Positions 50,445 to 64,000 of a stretch of 64,000 nucleotides of DNA are shown piece after piece. The notes under the pieces were generated by a model. It was given only the letters and a program-made list of their open reading frames with translations. It had not been told where the DNA came from and made no database searches. Position numbers and translations under genes: made by a program. This DNA is from Eledone cirrhosa (Eukaryota): NCBI GenBank assembly GCA_964016885.1, contig CAXHJY010001118.1:1-64000 (forward strand), written 5' to 3'. Every line of letters starts with the position of its first letter. Positions within the stretch are counted from its first letter, which is position 1.

Positions 50445-53377
50445 AATTCTTACTGTCAACTAGAGTAACAACCTATCTGTTGAACAATTCTTACTGTCAA
50501 TTATAGTAATATAGCCTATCTGTTGAACAATTCTTACTGTCAATTATAGTAACACAGCCTATCTGTTGAACAATTCTTACTGTCAACTATAGTAACAGCC
50601 TATCTGTTGAACAATTCTTACTGTCAATTATAGTAACACAGTCTATCTGTTGAACAATTCTTACTGTCAATTATAGTAACACAGCCTATCTGTTGAACAA
50701 TTCTTACTGTCAATTATAGTAACACAGCCTATCTGTTGAACAATTCTTACTGTCAATTATAGTAATATAGCCTATCTGTTGAACAATTCTTACTGTCAAT
50801 TATAGTAACACAGTCTATCTGTTGAACAATTCTTACTGTCAATTATAGTAACACAGCCTATCTGTTGAACAATTCTTACTGTCAACTATAGTATAGCCTA
50901 TCTGTTGAACAATTCTTACTGTCAACTATAGTAACAGCCTATCGAACAATTCTTACTGTCAATTATAGTAATATAGCCTATCTGTTGAACAATTCTTACT
51001 GTCAATTATAGTAACACAGTCTATCTGTTGAACAATTCTTACTGTCAATTATAGCAACACAGCCTATCTGTTGAACAATTCTTACTGTCAATTATAATAA
51101 TATAGCCTATCTGTTGAACAATTCTTACTGTCAATTATAGTAACATAGTCTATCTGTTGAACAATTCTTACTGTCAATTATAGTAACACAGCCTATCTGT
51201 TGAACAATTCTTACTGTCAACTATAATATAGCCTATCTGTTGAACAATTCTTACTGTCAATTATAGTAATATAGCCTATCTGTTGAACAATTCTTACTGT
51301 CAATTATAGTAACACAGCCTATCTGTTGAACAATTCTTACTGTCAATTATAATAATATAGCCTATCTGTTGAACAATTCTTACTGTCAATTATAGTAACA
51401 TAGTCTATCTGTTGAACAATTCTTACTGTCAATTATAGTAACACAGCCTATCTGTTGAACAATTCTTACTGTCAATTATAGTAACACAGTCTATCTGTTG
51501 AACAATTCTTACTGTCAATTATAGTAACACAGCCTATCTGTTGAACAATTCTTACTGTCAACTATAGTAACAGCCTATCTGTTGAACAATTCTTACTGTC
51601 AATTATAGTAACACAGCCTATCTGTTGAACAATTCTTACTGTCAACTATAATATAGCCTATCTGTTGAACAATTCTTACTGTCAATTATAGTAACACAGC
51701 CTATCTGTTGAACAATTCTTACTGTCAATTATAGTATTATAGCCTATCTGTTGAACAATTCTTACTGTCAATTATAGTAATATAGCCTATCTGTTGAACA
51801 ATTCTTACTGTCAATTATAGTAACACAGCCTATCTGTTGAACAATTCTTACTGTCAACTAGAGTAACACAGCCTATCTGTTGAACAATTCTTACTGTCAA
51901 TTATAGTAACATAGTCTATCTGTTGAACAATTCTTACTGTCAATTATAGTAACATAGCCTATCTGTTGAACAATTCTTACTGTCAATTATAGTAACACAG
52001 TCTATCTGTTGAACAATTCTTACTGTCAATTATAGTAATATAGCCTATCTGTTGAACAATTCTTACTGTCAATTATAGTAACACAGCCTATCTGTTGAAC
52101 AATTCTTACTGTCAACTATAGTAACAGCCTATCTGTTGAACAATTCTTACTGTCAATTATAGTAACACAGCCTATCTGTTGAACAATTCTTACTGTCAAC
52201 TATAATATAGCCTATCTGTTGAACAATTCTTACTGTCAATTATAGTAACACAGCCTATCTGTTGAACAATTCTTACTGTCAATTATAGTAATATAGCATA
52301 TCTGTTGAACAATTCTTACTGTCAATTATAGCAACACAGCCTATCTGTTGAACAATTCTTACTGTCAATTATAGGAATATAGCCTATCTGTTGAACAATT
52401 CTTACTGTCAATTATAGGAATATAGCCTATCTGTTGAACAATTCTTACTATCAATTATAGTAATATAGCCTATCTGTTGAACAATTCTTACTGTCAATTA
52501 TAGTAACACAGCCTATCTGTTGAACAATTCTTACTGTCAACTATAATATAGCCTATCTGTTGAACAATTCTTACTGTCAATTATAGTAACACAGCCTATC
52601 TGTTGAACAATTCTTACTGTCAATTATAGTAATATAGCATATCTGTTGAACAATTCTTACTGTCAATTATAGCAACACAGCCTATCTGTTGAACAATTCT
52701 TACTGTCAATTATAGGAATATAGCCTATCTGTTGAACAATTCTTACTGTCAATTATAGGAATATAGCCTATCTGTTGAACAATTCTTACTATCAATTATA
52801 GTAATATAGCCTATCTGTTGAACAATTCTTACTGTCAATTATAGTAATATAGCCTATCTGTTGAACAATTCTTACTGTCAATTATAGTAATATAGCCTAT
52901 CTGTTGAACAATTCTTACTGTCAACTAGAGTAACACAGCCTATCTGTTGAACAATTCTTACTGTCAATTATAGTAACACAACCTATCTGTTGAACAATTC
53001 TTACTGTCAATTATAGTAACATAGTCTATCTGTTGAACAATTCTTACTGTCAATTATAATATAGCCTATCTGTTGAACAATTCTTACTGTCAATTATAGT
53101 AATATAGCCTATCTGTTGAACAATTCTTACTGTCAATTATAATAATATAGCCTATCTGTTGAACAATTCTTACTGTCAATTATAGTAACACAGCCTATCT
53201 GTTGAACAATTCTTACTGTCAATTATAGTAACACAGCCTATCTGTTGAACAATTCTTACTGTCAACTATAGTAACAGCCTATCTGTTGAACAATTCTTAC
53301 TGTCAATTATAGTAACAGCCTATCTGTTGAACAATTCTTACTGTCAACTATAGTAACAGCCTATCTGTTGAACAATT
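50445..53377. repeat. 43-bp minisatellite, ~69 units with 40/41-bp variants
   Basis: Consensus aacaattcttactgtcaattatagtaacacagcctatctgttg. Confidence 0.98.
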
Positions 53378-54820
53378 TCTTTAATTAACACCCCTTTGTC
53401 CTTCATGGGCAGAATTTTTTCATATGTGAAAAGTACAGCACATTTCATAAAACTGGTCTAGTACATGCCAATCATGTCTTGCCAAATTATCAGCCATAAT
53501 GTGTTTACAGTTGTTATGTTCTATAATTTTAGGTATTAAAAAATGAAAAAAGAAAAAAAATACATAAGCAGGTAAAACACACATCTAGAAACACAACAAA
53601 AGGAAGGCAGGTGAAAGAGGTGAACAAATGAACTGCTACCAGAACAAAAGATTATGATATCACAAAGAGTACTGGAAAACCTCTTTAATAATTTTTTAGA
53701 CAAGCCAGCATGTTTGTAGTATTACCTTGGGTGATGGCGGGGCTGATGCACTGGGACAGCTAAGCACCTTCATGAGCGTCACCAGTTACCTCAGTTAGGT
53801 GACCCGCCAGTGAAGACAAGAAAATACTTTGAAATTTGTCTCCTTTTTTGTTTGAGTCTTAGAAAACTAGAAATTGTGCCATGGTATAGAAATAATAGTC
53901 TAAATTTATGTAAAATGTTATGTCCTTGAAAATGGCTTAGTCTACATGACTGGTAGCAACATCATTTCCTAATAGTTGATAGCAGGGAATGGTTGAGTTG
54001 GAAAGATAAATACTATCTAAACTCTGACTATACAAATCCATTCAACCAATGTAGTAATGAATATAAAATAGAGGAAACAAGTGTTGTTATTTATAAGATA
54101 AAAGTATAAGTGCTGTTTTCTTACTTCCCTAAATTCTTTCAGTTACAGAAGATGAATAGATAAATAAGCAGTTGGTGATTTGTCATTGTGACCAAGACGC
54201 AGAATGTTTTGTTACTGACCTTTCGAAAATGAAATAATAACTAGGTTAAGTGACAGTAATTATTTAAATAAAATTTCCATATACTTTTCTTTTTTTTTTT
54301 GAAAAGACTTAAAACATACAGTAACATCTGTTAACTTGGAAAATATTTCTTATATTCACATCTACCTGTATTTTTTATCCTGGTGATCTCATTTTTACAC
54401 TGACTTATTTATAAATTGATTCCTCTGAAGGGTCTTTGGAGTAACATTACTCAATAGAGATCAGAGAGACACTCCAGATAGAGCTGCTACTTCTCTGAAT
54501 TGAGAGATCACAGCTCTGATACAATAGGCATGTGGTTAGAATGTCTCAGGAAAGAATCGCTGGACTGATTTTATGGGCAAAACCAACCGGCAAGAGACCC
54601 AGAGGCCTGAGCATGATGGTTGAATAACATCCATGAGCTTGGGGATGTAGCTAGATCAGTTGGAGACGGTTGCTTCTGACAGGACCTGCTGGAAGGGGTG
54701 TTTGAGGACTCTACTCCCACAACCCTCTCAGGAATAAGTGGGTGAAGAAGAAGAGGAAGATATGATTTTATTTATATACCCACCATCTGTATTATAAGCT
54801 TTGCAGTGAATTTTCTCAAT

Positions 54821-55202
54821 CATCATCATCATCATTTTATGTCCACTTTTCCCTGCTTGCAAGGGTGGGGCGGGAACTGATTCTGGCTTGATTTCTACAG
54901 CTGGATGCCCTTCCTAACACCAACCTCATTTACAGTGAGTACTGGGTGCCTTTTTGCCGTGGCACCTCCACGACCACTTTACAGTGTGTGTTGGGTGCTT
55001 TTTTGCCGTGGCACCTCCACGACCACTTTACAGTGGAATGATATGGACCCCAGTCCCTATCATCTCATTTCTACAGCTGAGTAAACTGGAGCAATGTGAA
55101 ATAAAGTATCTTGCTCAAGGAAACAACACATCACCCGGTCTGAGGATTGAACTCACAACCTTTCGATTGCAAGGCCAATGCTCTAACCACTAAGCCATGT
55201 GT
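54821..55202 (-). mobile_element. Full-length SINE family A with a 96-bp flanking direct repeat
   Basis: Flanks 54725-54820 and 55203-55298 match except for one base. Confidence 0.92.
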
Positions 55203-58195
55203 CTCTCAGGAATAAGTGGGTGAAGAAGAAGAGGAAGATGTGATTTTATTTATATACCCACCATCTGTATTATAAGCTTTGCAGTGAATTTTCTCAATGT
55301 ATCCAATATTTTAAATGACAGGTTCATCACACAATATTTTTACATGTAATGTTTCTCATGTTTCTTAGTTAAATATGTTTGATTTGCTAAAAACCACATC
55401 ATGTATCATGAGAACAAGTAGATCAACCACATGTTAGTATTTCAGTGAAAGGAAAGGAGATGGGAGGTGCATATTCTACACCACTGCCTAGGCAGTATAT
55501 CTCAGCTGCACCTTGCAGATAAGATAGCTAAACCATTGCCATGGAGAACAGCGAATGATAACTAGTGCATCAGCCACTCACCTCACAGGGCTGCTTTCTC
55601 TGGTGGGATACACTTCTCTCAATTTTGCAGAGGAAAATGGCAGTCCTGGGACTGAGGACATTGGAAGTCTTGATGACAACTGGCATGAAGTATAGTCTAC
55701 TCCTCCCTTTGTCCTTTTTTTCATTATTTTATATACATTTTTCTTTCTTCATGTCTATTATGTAAAATATTTATGTCAGTAAAATTCAGATTTGTTTAGA
55801 ATATAAAACACATTTAATGTCTATCATAGTTGAGAATATCCAACTAACACATTCCAACAGTATAAAAATAGAATATAAAACAATTGCGGAATACATATAT
55901 ATATATTTAAAACTCTCAAGAATATCTCTTATCTGTAATTAAAATAGAAATGTACTTTTACAGATGTAAAATATAATATACAACTAAATATTTTGTTGAT
56001 GCTATTTGATAATGAGTTATTTATTCATTATATATTATACTTTGTGAACAATAGCACCATTGGTTACAGGTTATTATGGGCTAATCAATAGTTTGCTGTA
56101 TAAATGATGGTGAAAGTGACAAAGGAGTGTCTGTTCAACTTGAGCAGAACAAATACTGAATTATCAGTTTTCTCAATAGTATACATTGGCAAAAGATACA
56201 TACATATGATGGGCCTCCACATAGCAAAACCAATTGGAGATGTCCTTTATTGTAGGTTGTATTTTTTGTATTTGTTTAGTACAGTACAACTATCATAAAG
56301 TAGAAAATGGTAAAAGCCTGAATCTAAAGGATCTGATAGTGAGTTGCATCAACAAAAATTAATCTCTACTGTGCATTTATTTGCAGTGAAGTGTGAAAAA
56401 TCTTGTTTCAGAAAGTTATCTTTCTATGGAGAGAAGGTTAAGTGCTTGAAACATTGAATTTTTTACTTCATACTTCAAATCAACTTAATAATATATATTT
56501 TTTTTTATCAGGAACTTTTCTAGTATAGGATTGGCAGATTTTAATATTCAGCTGAATTTAAAGAACAAATGGTGCATAGAATTATTTCTGAGATGTAGCA
56601 TATTAAACCTTTTGATACCAAACTGCCTGAAACTGTCCATGGTTCTATGATAGAAAACTTTGTTTTAAACTTATATTTATCTAAAAACCTTCCATCATGA
56701 TTTTATGTAAGATCCTTTATGTTCCAAACTTCAGCTCAATATTGAGAAAGTGGGCTATATTATTAAATCGCTCCAAATTGCTATCACACCGTATTTCCAT
56801 TGGCTGGAGCAAAAAGGTTGTGTTTTTAGGGACAGCAGCAACCTGGTGTAGTCTTTGACTAACCCAGGCTCTGCTGCACTTCAAGCTGAGGAGGGTAAAC
56901 TCTCCAAATATTGGTTGTTCTGAGACAGGTTTGCAGTCGAGCCCGTAGCAGTGGAGACTTCTGGTGTCTTGGCCCTAGAGCCACCTCTCTTTTCACCACC
57001 ATCGACACGGAGTTGGCTACCTGCAGGTGTGAGCCTTGCAAGCTGGAATGGCTCTTCCAGCACATCTCCCTCACTATCCTCCGAGGAAATGCCTTCTCTA
57101 TTCTGTTTGCCGGAGTGGCCAGCCTGTGGCCCCCATTTGCTCATAATAGTGAGAGATGGAGAGAGCAGGAGAGACAGAGGCAGTGACAGTGGGTATTTGG
57201 TTCCATTGTGTTTGGACCTGGTGTATATGTATATACTTATTTATCACACCACGTTAATACTTCTATTCTCTTATCATCATAAAAATAATTTAAGTTCCCT
57301 GGGTGACTTAGTGCATTGTGTAAAAGGAGCTTTGTTAGAAATATACCAGGCACTATACTTTTCTACAGAAGGGCATACTAAAATATTTCCTTAAGAATGA
57401 AATTCTGTAATCTGAGATTCTGTCATGCAGAGGACACCTGTAGTTTAACGCTTAATATCCTGGAATGTTTTTAGCAGAAATATTTTAAAATATCTTATTG
57501 ATTCAAATGCTTATATTATCTATACTAGATGATAGTTCATTGTGAAAATTTGCTGTATCACAATAAAGACTTTAATCTTTAATGTGATGCAGTCATAATG
57601 CAGTTTTGTACTTTTTAGGAATGACTTGCTAATGTAGCTTCATATGGTACAAGGTATTATGAGTTAATAAAGAGTAACTTTAGCATGAGTAACTTGGTAT
57701 GTAGCAATACTCCAAAAGTTCTATTTTTATTTTTGTTCTGCTTTAAAATATTTGTAATAAAACTTCAAATATATCCCATCAGAAAAATTAACACATAACC
57801 AATTAGAGAAAACAAAGGAGATTCAGTTGTTTGACCTGCTACAAATAATGAAAAATCTCACACAAATCACACAATATCATTGTAAAACAAAAACAGACAT
57901 TCAACAATGTAGTCCTTGATACATGTAAAAAGACAGGGTAATTACATTGGAATGCCTTTGGTCACAAGCCTGCTGGATCAAGGTTACTTTGAGGCTAAAC
58001 AATAACATTTGATAATTGTTTCTCCTTTAGGCACAAGGCCAGCAATTACCCAGTGCATTACTGGTACTTTATTTTATCGACTCTGTAAGGATGAAAGGCA
58101 AAGATAACCAAGATTTGAACTCAGAATGTAAAGGGTCATAACTATATCCTGCAAAGAATGTTGTCCGACATTTTATCGATACTGTCAATCCACCA

Positions 58196-58586
58196 TAGTA
58201 CATACAATAATGTACAACTCATCAAGGGTGGATGTATAGTACATACAATAATGTACAACTCATCAAGGGTGGATGTATAGTACATACAATAATGTACAAC
58301 TCATCAAGGGTAGATGTATAGTACATACAATAATGTACAACTCATCAAGGGTGGATGTATAGTACATACAATAATGTACAACTCATCAAGGGTGGATGTA
58401 TAGTACATACAATAATGTACAACTCATCAAGGGTGGATGTATAGTACATACAATAATGTACAACTCATCAAGGGTAGATGTATAGTACATACAATAATGT
58501 ACAACTCATCAAGGGTGGATGTATAGTATATACAATAATGTACAACTCATCAAGGGTGGATGTATAGTACATACAATAATGTACAA
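58196..58586. repeat. 41-bp tandem repeat (~9.5 units) derived from a CR1 3' UTR
   Basis: Unit tagtacatacaataatgtacaactcatcaagggtggatgta; contiguous with the CR1 fragment. Confidence 0.95.
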
Positions 58587-58915
58587 ATGTCAGGAAAGTG
58601 AACAGTATATGAGTCATGATGTACACACAGACACACAGACACACTTGTGCATGTGTAGGGAGGTGGAATATCAGGTGTAGTGTTGCCGAATTTCAAATTT
58701 CGGCAAGCATGGAAGTTTTGAAGGATGCAGTGTCCCGATAGCTAACAACCATTGCAGGTAGTTTGTTCCATGCTTCACCACCTCCGAGCATGGAAAAATG
58801 TTTCCGAAAGTCATGGGAGCTGTACTGTTTTCTGATTTTGTAAGCATGTCCATGGGTGTTAGACACATGGAATTCAAAAAGGTGCTCTGGGTTGATGGAA
58901 AGATGTCCACAGGTG
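58587..58915 (-). mobile_element. CR1-like LINE 3' end
   Basis: HGHAYKIRKQYSSHDFRKHF..EAWNKLP..ASFKT. Confidence 0.82.
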
Positions 58916-59807
58916 TTAAAGATAAACAAGAACAATAATGCTTCTATTTCAGTGATTGCATATTATGAAATGGTAATAGCAATCTAATCCAGGTAGGTGA
59001 GTAAAAAATCGGAAAGTATGAAAGAAGTGACTTTCAAGGGGATTTTTTATGAATGAATCTAACTTATTTAGGGAGCCACAAAATATTGTTATAACACATA
59101 AATATCAGCTGTTAAACAATTAGTCATTTTCAAAACAAATTCATAGAATTCTTTTATGAAGTTTGATAATCTTTCTCAGTTCTTTATATAGAGCTGTTTT
59201 ATGTTAGTTTTTGTAATTGTCAGTTGCATTATTAGTCATTCTGTTCAAATAGCTGAACAGGTTTAGACCTTTGTTGAAAATATAGCAATGTCAATTCAGA
59301 CCCATTACCCACCCACACACCCACACACACAACAACAACACACTATCTTCTGTATATCACAAAGATGTGAAATATGTTTTCATGATTAGCAGATTAACAT
59401 AATCAGTGATGTAACTAACACTAATCAATAATAATATTGGCTTCTTTAATTTCCATCATCTCTTGAAAAATATAGTTAACTCACTAACCAGTTGTAAGTT
59501 AAGTAGTTGACACATTTATGATGTATAAAAAAAAATGTTTCTGTGTTATTTAAAAACACTACTAAACCTTTCCCAGTCAACAAATAAGGTCATGATTTTC
59601 TTTCCTTTCTTTTCTTTTTCTTTGTTAATCATAAATGAAATTAAGATTTTTACATAAAAGAAACAAATATATATTATTTCCCCCTTTGAAATTATATGTA
59701 ATTATATAATTATTTAATTTTCTTTTGTCTTCTTTATACATGCTTTCTAATTATTCAAATGTACTTTTTCTATCAAATACATAATGTGAACACACAGACA
59801 TATATGT

Positions 59808-60240
59808 AGGCGCATGGCTTAGTGGTTAGAGCATTGGGCTTGCAATCAAAAGGTTGTGAGTTCAATTCTCGGACTGGGTGATGTGTTGTTTCCTTGAGCA
59901 AGACACTTTATTTCACATTGCTCCAGTTTACTCAGCTGGAGAAATGAGATGATAGGACTGGAGTCCCTATCATTCCACTGCAAAGTGGTCGTGGAGGTGC
60001 CACGGCAAAAAAAGCACCCAGCCCACACTGTAAAGTGGACGTGTAGGTGCCACGGAAAAAAAGCACCCATTACTCCCTGTAAATGAGGTTGGTGTTAGGA
60101 AGGGTATCCAGCTGTAGAAATCAAACCAGAATCAGTTCCCGTATGAGCAAGACAAGGTCAGCCAACTGGACACTACCCACAACAGGACAACCCGTGCTAG
60201 CGTGGAAGAACGGACATAAAACGGTGATGATGATGATGAT
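59808..60240 (+). mobile_element. Full-length SINE family A
   Basis: ggcgcatggcttagtggttagagc..gagttcaattc head; RTE-like tail; (GAT)n end. Confidence 0.9.
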
Positions 60241-60277
60241 ATATATATCTATAAATATATATATACACACACACACA

Positions 60278-60347
60278 CAGGGTGTCCCAAAAATGTATAC
60301 ACATTTATTAGAATGCTATTAAAGTATGTATACATGTTTGGGACACC

Positions 60348-60350
<3 letters not shown>
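60278..60350. mobile_element. Tc1/mariner-type MITE
   Basis: CAGGGTGTCCCAAA..ATGTATAC / GTATACAT..TTTGGGACACCCTG. Confidence 0.8.
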
Positions 60351-60381
<31 letters not shown>

Positions 60382-62444
60382 CTAGCGTGGAAGATAGCCG
60401 TTAAACGATGATGATGATAATGGTGGCTGTCAACTTGCTACTAAGTATGACCACATTTTACAATCCCTTCCTCTTTCCTATTGAAGATGTAGCAGCAGCT
60501 CATTGTCATGAGCTCTAAGGTAACTTTTAAGGCCTGTTGGCTGGCCTGTAGGTACTATTGCAGATCCCACAGGTGTATGGCACCACTATATGTTTTGTTT
60601 AATTATCATAAGTATGTGACATACTAATGTGCCTTGTTAAACCTGATTTTAACTGACAAATTTGATTAGAAGTCAGACCCTAGAAGATGTTTGTTTGCCT
60701 CTCATGTGACTTCAAGTAATTAATCAAACCAGCTTTAGACAAGCATAATTTGACAGCAGTGGGCGCATGTTAACATCTCCTTTGTTCCTTGTCCTAATGG
60801 AAGTTCAATTTTTTCCCTTTTGTGACCTGCAACAAAGCAACTGTACACAGAAGATGCTTTCAGCCTCCATTTTTTTATTATTCCTGCTACTAATTGTATT
60901 CATTTCTCTAGGGTCAGATTTCAAACAATCTTTAAATCACTTTAGAGTCTTGTGCTGATGGTTTTTATGATCCATTAGCTCCCCATGCCAGAGGAATTGA
61001 TGATCATTTTCCTGTGAAACATGACCAACCTATCTCAATCTAGTTTATATTAGATGTGTTGTGATGCTCAGACTCCTAGACTGCCCAAGTACATCTATAC
61101 TGGGAGTATATACTCTTCCTAATTATACCCAATAAAAGTCTCAGATATTTTTCATGAAAATGTTCAAGTAGTCTCACATGCTTTTGAAGGGCAGTACATG
61201 TTTCACATGCATAATGAAGTGTTGTAATGATAAACCTTAAAAGTACTCAACTTAGCACTTATATCTATATCCTTCTGTGATCACACTCAAGCCTCCAGCC
61301 TATCAAAAGGTACAATATTCCCTTCACTCTTATCCAAAAATAGCAAAATGTGATATTTAACTGTCTAAATAAGGCAGTTTCATGTCGCATATAAATATGG
61401 ATGTTTAATAGTTAAGATTTCCAAGAAGAGGAGTGAAAATCACCCTTGTTTTAGATAAATGTATTGTGACATTGGAAGCACTTGAAAATTTATCCATACT
61501 TGCCTGCAGGTCATTTTCAAGTGCAACCAGATCAAATTCATCAGTATAGTTTTACACACATCCATGGGTGCAAAACCTTGATCATGACATCAGTGTTGTA
61601 TCTTGGAGTCACTAGGTATTTTGTGTCTTACAACATAAACCCTCATCTTGATGACCCAACCAAGGTTGATCAAGCATCGGCCTTTGTCCAAGTGGCATTC
61701 ATACTACTCATATCTAACTATTATAGCAAATGTTTTAGACCGACTTGAAGTGCAGTAAGTAAAAAAAAACATATGTCAGTATCACAGTACTGGAAAGCAA
61801 TGATGGGAATTAGAGCAAAATAGATTGAAAATAGATGTGGATCATGGATGTTTCTTTGTTTTACCATATTTCCTACAGCAAACATCACGTTATCTTAAAA
61901 AAGCAGAGACAGCATAGAGTGGATTCTTTAGTCTTGCAGAGAATAAGATAACCCCTCTAGTGGTGGTGCCACAATAAAACACACAGAGTTCAATTGGTAA
62001 GAATGGAAACAATGTAGGGTAGATAGAAGCAGTGATGGAAATTGGTTTTAGGCTGAGGCTGGAAAGGCAGGCAGCAGATGCTATAAGACCCACCACCATA
62101 AGAACTGAAGAGTAGGGAAATACTGTCCTCTTACACACCTTTCCATTTCTATCACTACAAAGGAATCTTTAATTTAGCCAAGGACATGACAACATCTCTA
62201 GTACAACAACTTCACTCTGTAAAGTGGTTGGTATTAGGAACAAAATCATGCAAAAATAAAAAGCTGCAAGCAGGCTGTAGTTCCCGGCTTATTAAGGAAT
62301 ACGGTAACTCTGAATAAGAACTGATTGAGACCGTGATGAACTATCCAGCTCATGCCAGCATGAAAAGCAAACATAAAATTATGATATATATACTTATCTC
62401 CCTCCCCAGAGCAGAGAGGGGTCTACAGTTGGATCTATGACTAA

Positions 62445-62870
62445 CAACCTCTCTAATGATGGTGCCACAAAAATGCATCAAGTATACTCCGTAAGGGTGG
62501 TTATCAACAGGAAGGGCACCCTGCTGTAGGAACCATGCCTAAAAAGGTTGAGAGAACCCTTTAGTTGTGTTAAAGACACAACAACTTATCTAATGTTGGT
62601 GATCTACATGAGAAACGAACCCAGTACACACTGTAAAGTGGTTGGTGTAAGGAAGAGCATCCAGCCATAGAAAGCTTGCCAAACAAAGGGTTAGGAGGCC
62701 CCTTCAGTTGTATCAAGGACATGACAACCTCCCTAGTATTAGTGATCTACATGATAAACTCATCCAGTAAATGCTGTAAAGTGGTTGATTTTAGGAAGAG
62801 AATCCAACTATAGAAAGCTTACTAAACAAGGGGTTGGGAGGACCCTTTAATTTCTGTCAAAAGACACAAC
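62445..62870 (+). repeat. About three diverged ~140-bp tandem copies of an RTE/SINE tail segment
   Basis: gtaaagtggttg..aggaagagcatccagc..tagaaagctt recurs. Confidence 0.7.
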
Positions 62871-63005
62871 TTCTCCTCTGCACTCAATACAATGTATGAC
62901 CCTATGTAAACAGGATGCAGACCTCTCGAATACCATGTGAGTGTTATTTAGAAGAAAGAAACTGTGCAGCTGCCTGTCATGTATTGTGTGACTGTGCTTA
63001 TACAA

Positions 63006-63049
<44 letters not shown>

Positions 63050-64000
63050 CTGTTTTTGTGTGTTTACTAGTATTACATCACTTTATGTCAAAATGTATAT
63101 TATCAATTTGATAAATATTGATAAAAGAAGTGTCAGACTGAAAGAGTTAATATGATCAACTAAAACTCTTCATGGTGGTGCTTAACTGCAGTCCAGTGAC
63201 TGAAACCAGGAAAAGAATATTTATATTTTGCTCTGGAACTATGTCAGTGACCAGGTTGCAAACGGGGTGACAAAAATTTTGACACTGGGAAATAAATAAC
63301 TGTAAAGTGAATTTAACAGTCTTTATGTGCTTTTGAATGGCTAATATTACTCTTTCATGATATAATATATATGTGTGTATATACATCCTGTAAGGTGGTA
63401 AAGTGATTGGAGTTAGAAAGGGCATCCAGCCATAGAAACTTACAAAATAAAAGCATTGAAAGGCTTCTTCAGTTGTGTTGCAAAGCAAACTTCTTAACCA
63501 AACTGTTATACCAATAACTTCTGAATGTGTCGTTTCTTTAAGGCTTTTAGTGGCTTATAATATGTCATATTTTTTAATCCCTCTATTCTGTGCACTCATA
63601 GTTGGAATTCTTTTTATTGTTGGAGTTATTGGTTTCAAAGTTGTAAGAACTTCCGACAGTTAATCCAATTTTGTTGTAGGAATGGAATCTAGGTAAACTC
63701 AAATATGTGAAGGGAATCATGGCTGTATGGTTAAGAAGTGTGAGTTCAATCTTACTGTTCAATACCTTGGGAAAGAGTTTTCTATCATAGCCTTGGATAC
63801 ATCAAAGCTTTGTAAGTGAAATTTGGAAGATTGCAACTGTGAAAGCACTTCAGACTACTTCTGTTTTTGAAGAGTTGACTTAATCTGTGCTCAGTTTATG
63901 AGCCCAGCCCAGAGTTTATTCTGTTGCATGCATTCATGTCAGGTCTTTCGATAACTTCTTCATTTCCTCTCACCAGTCTTAGAAACTCTGAAAGTGGTCA

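Noticed and set aside
50445-53377. CRISPR-like appearance (constant part plus variable part)
   Set aside because: The variable parts are point/indel variants of one sequence, not unique spacers; there are no cas genes and the context is eukaryotic
58196-58586. Possible CRISPR array
   Set aside because: Head-to-tail repeat with no spacers, derived from a LINE tail
59808-59880. tRNA gene (also 1568-1638, 13198-13268, 55133-55201)
   Set aside because: A/B boxes are present but continue into a SINE body and tail, with no proper acceptor stem or terminator

Overview
This is AT-rich, repeat-dense animal genomic DNA, not prokaryotic. The (TA)n/(CAT)n microsatellites, RTE/CR1 LINEs and SINE types resemble an octopus/cephalopod genome (inference). 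Most of the window appears to be intronic sequence of a minus-strand host gene, with well-bounded exons at 19459-19265 and 17533-16366 and a probable exon at 45665-45568. The introns are filled with RTE-clade LINEs (two young, near-identical copies in inverted orientation), tRNA-derived SINEs, CR1 tails, Penelope-like GIY-YIG remnants, a DD37D-type Tc1/mariner element, piggyBac-type MITEs, a Helitron helicase relic and satellites. The main hidden signal is a set of type I hammerhead ribozymes. One sits in every unit of the 310-bp tandem array at the window start (retrozyme or Penelope pseudo-LTR architecture, predicting 310-nt self-cleaved, possibly circular RNAs). A homolog at ~11.5 kb keeps the fold with different stem sequences, an unrelated hammerhead lies at ~5.3 kb, and decayed cores occur in nearby fold-backs. 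Most short ORFs in the track are microsatellite artefacts or antisense shadows of TE ORFs. All calls were made by eye; no database searches were run.
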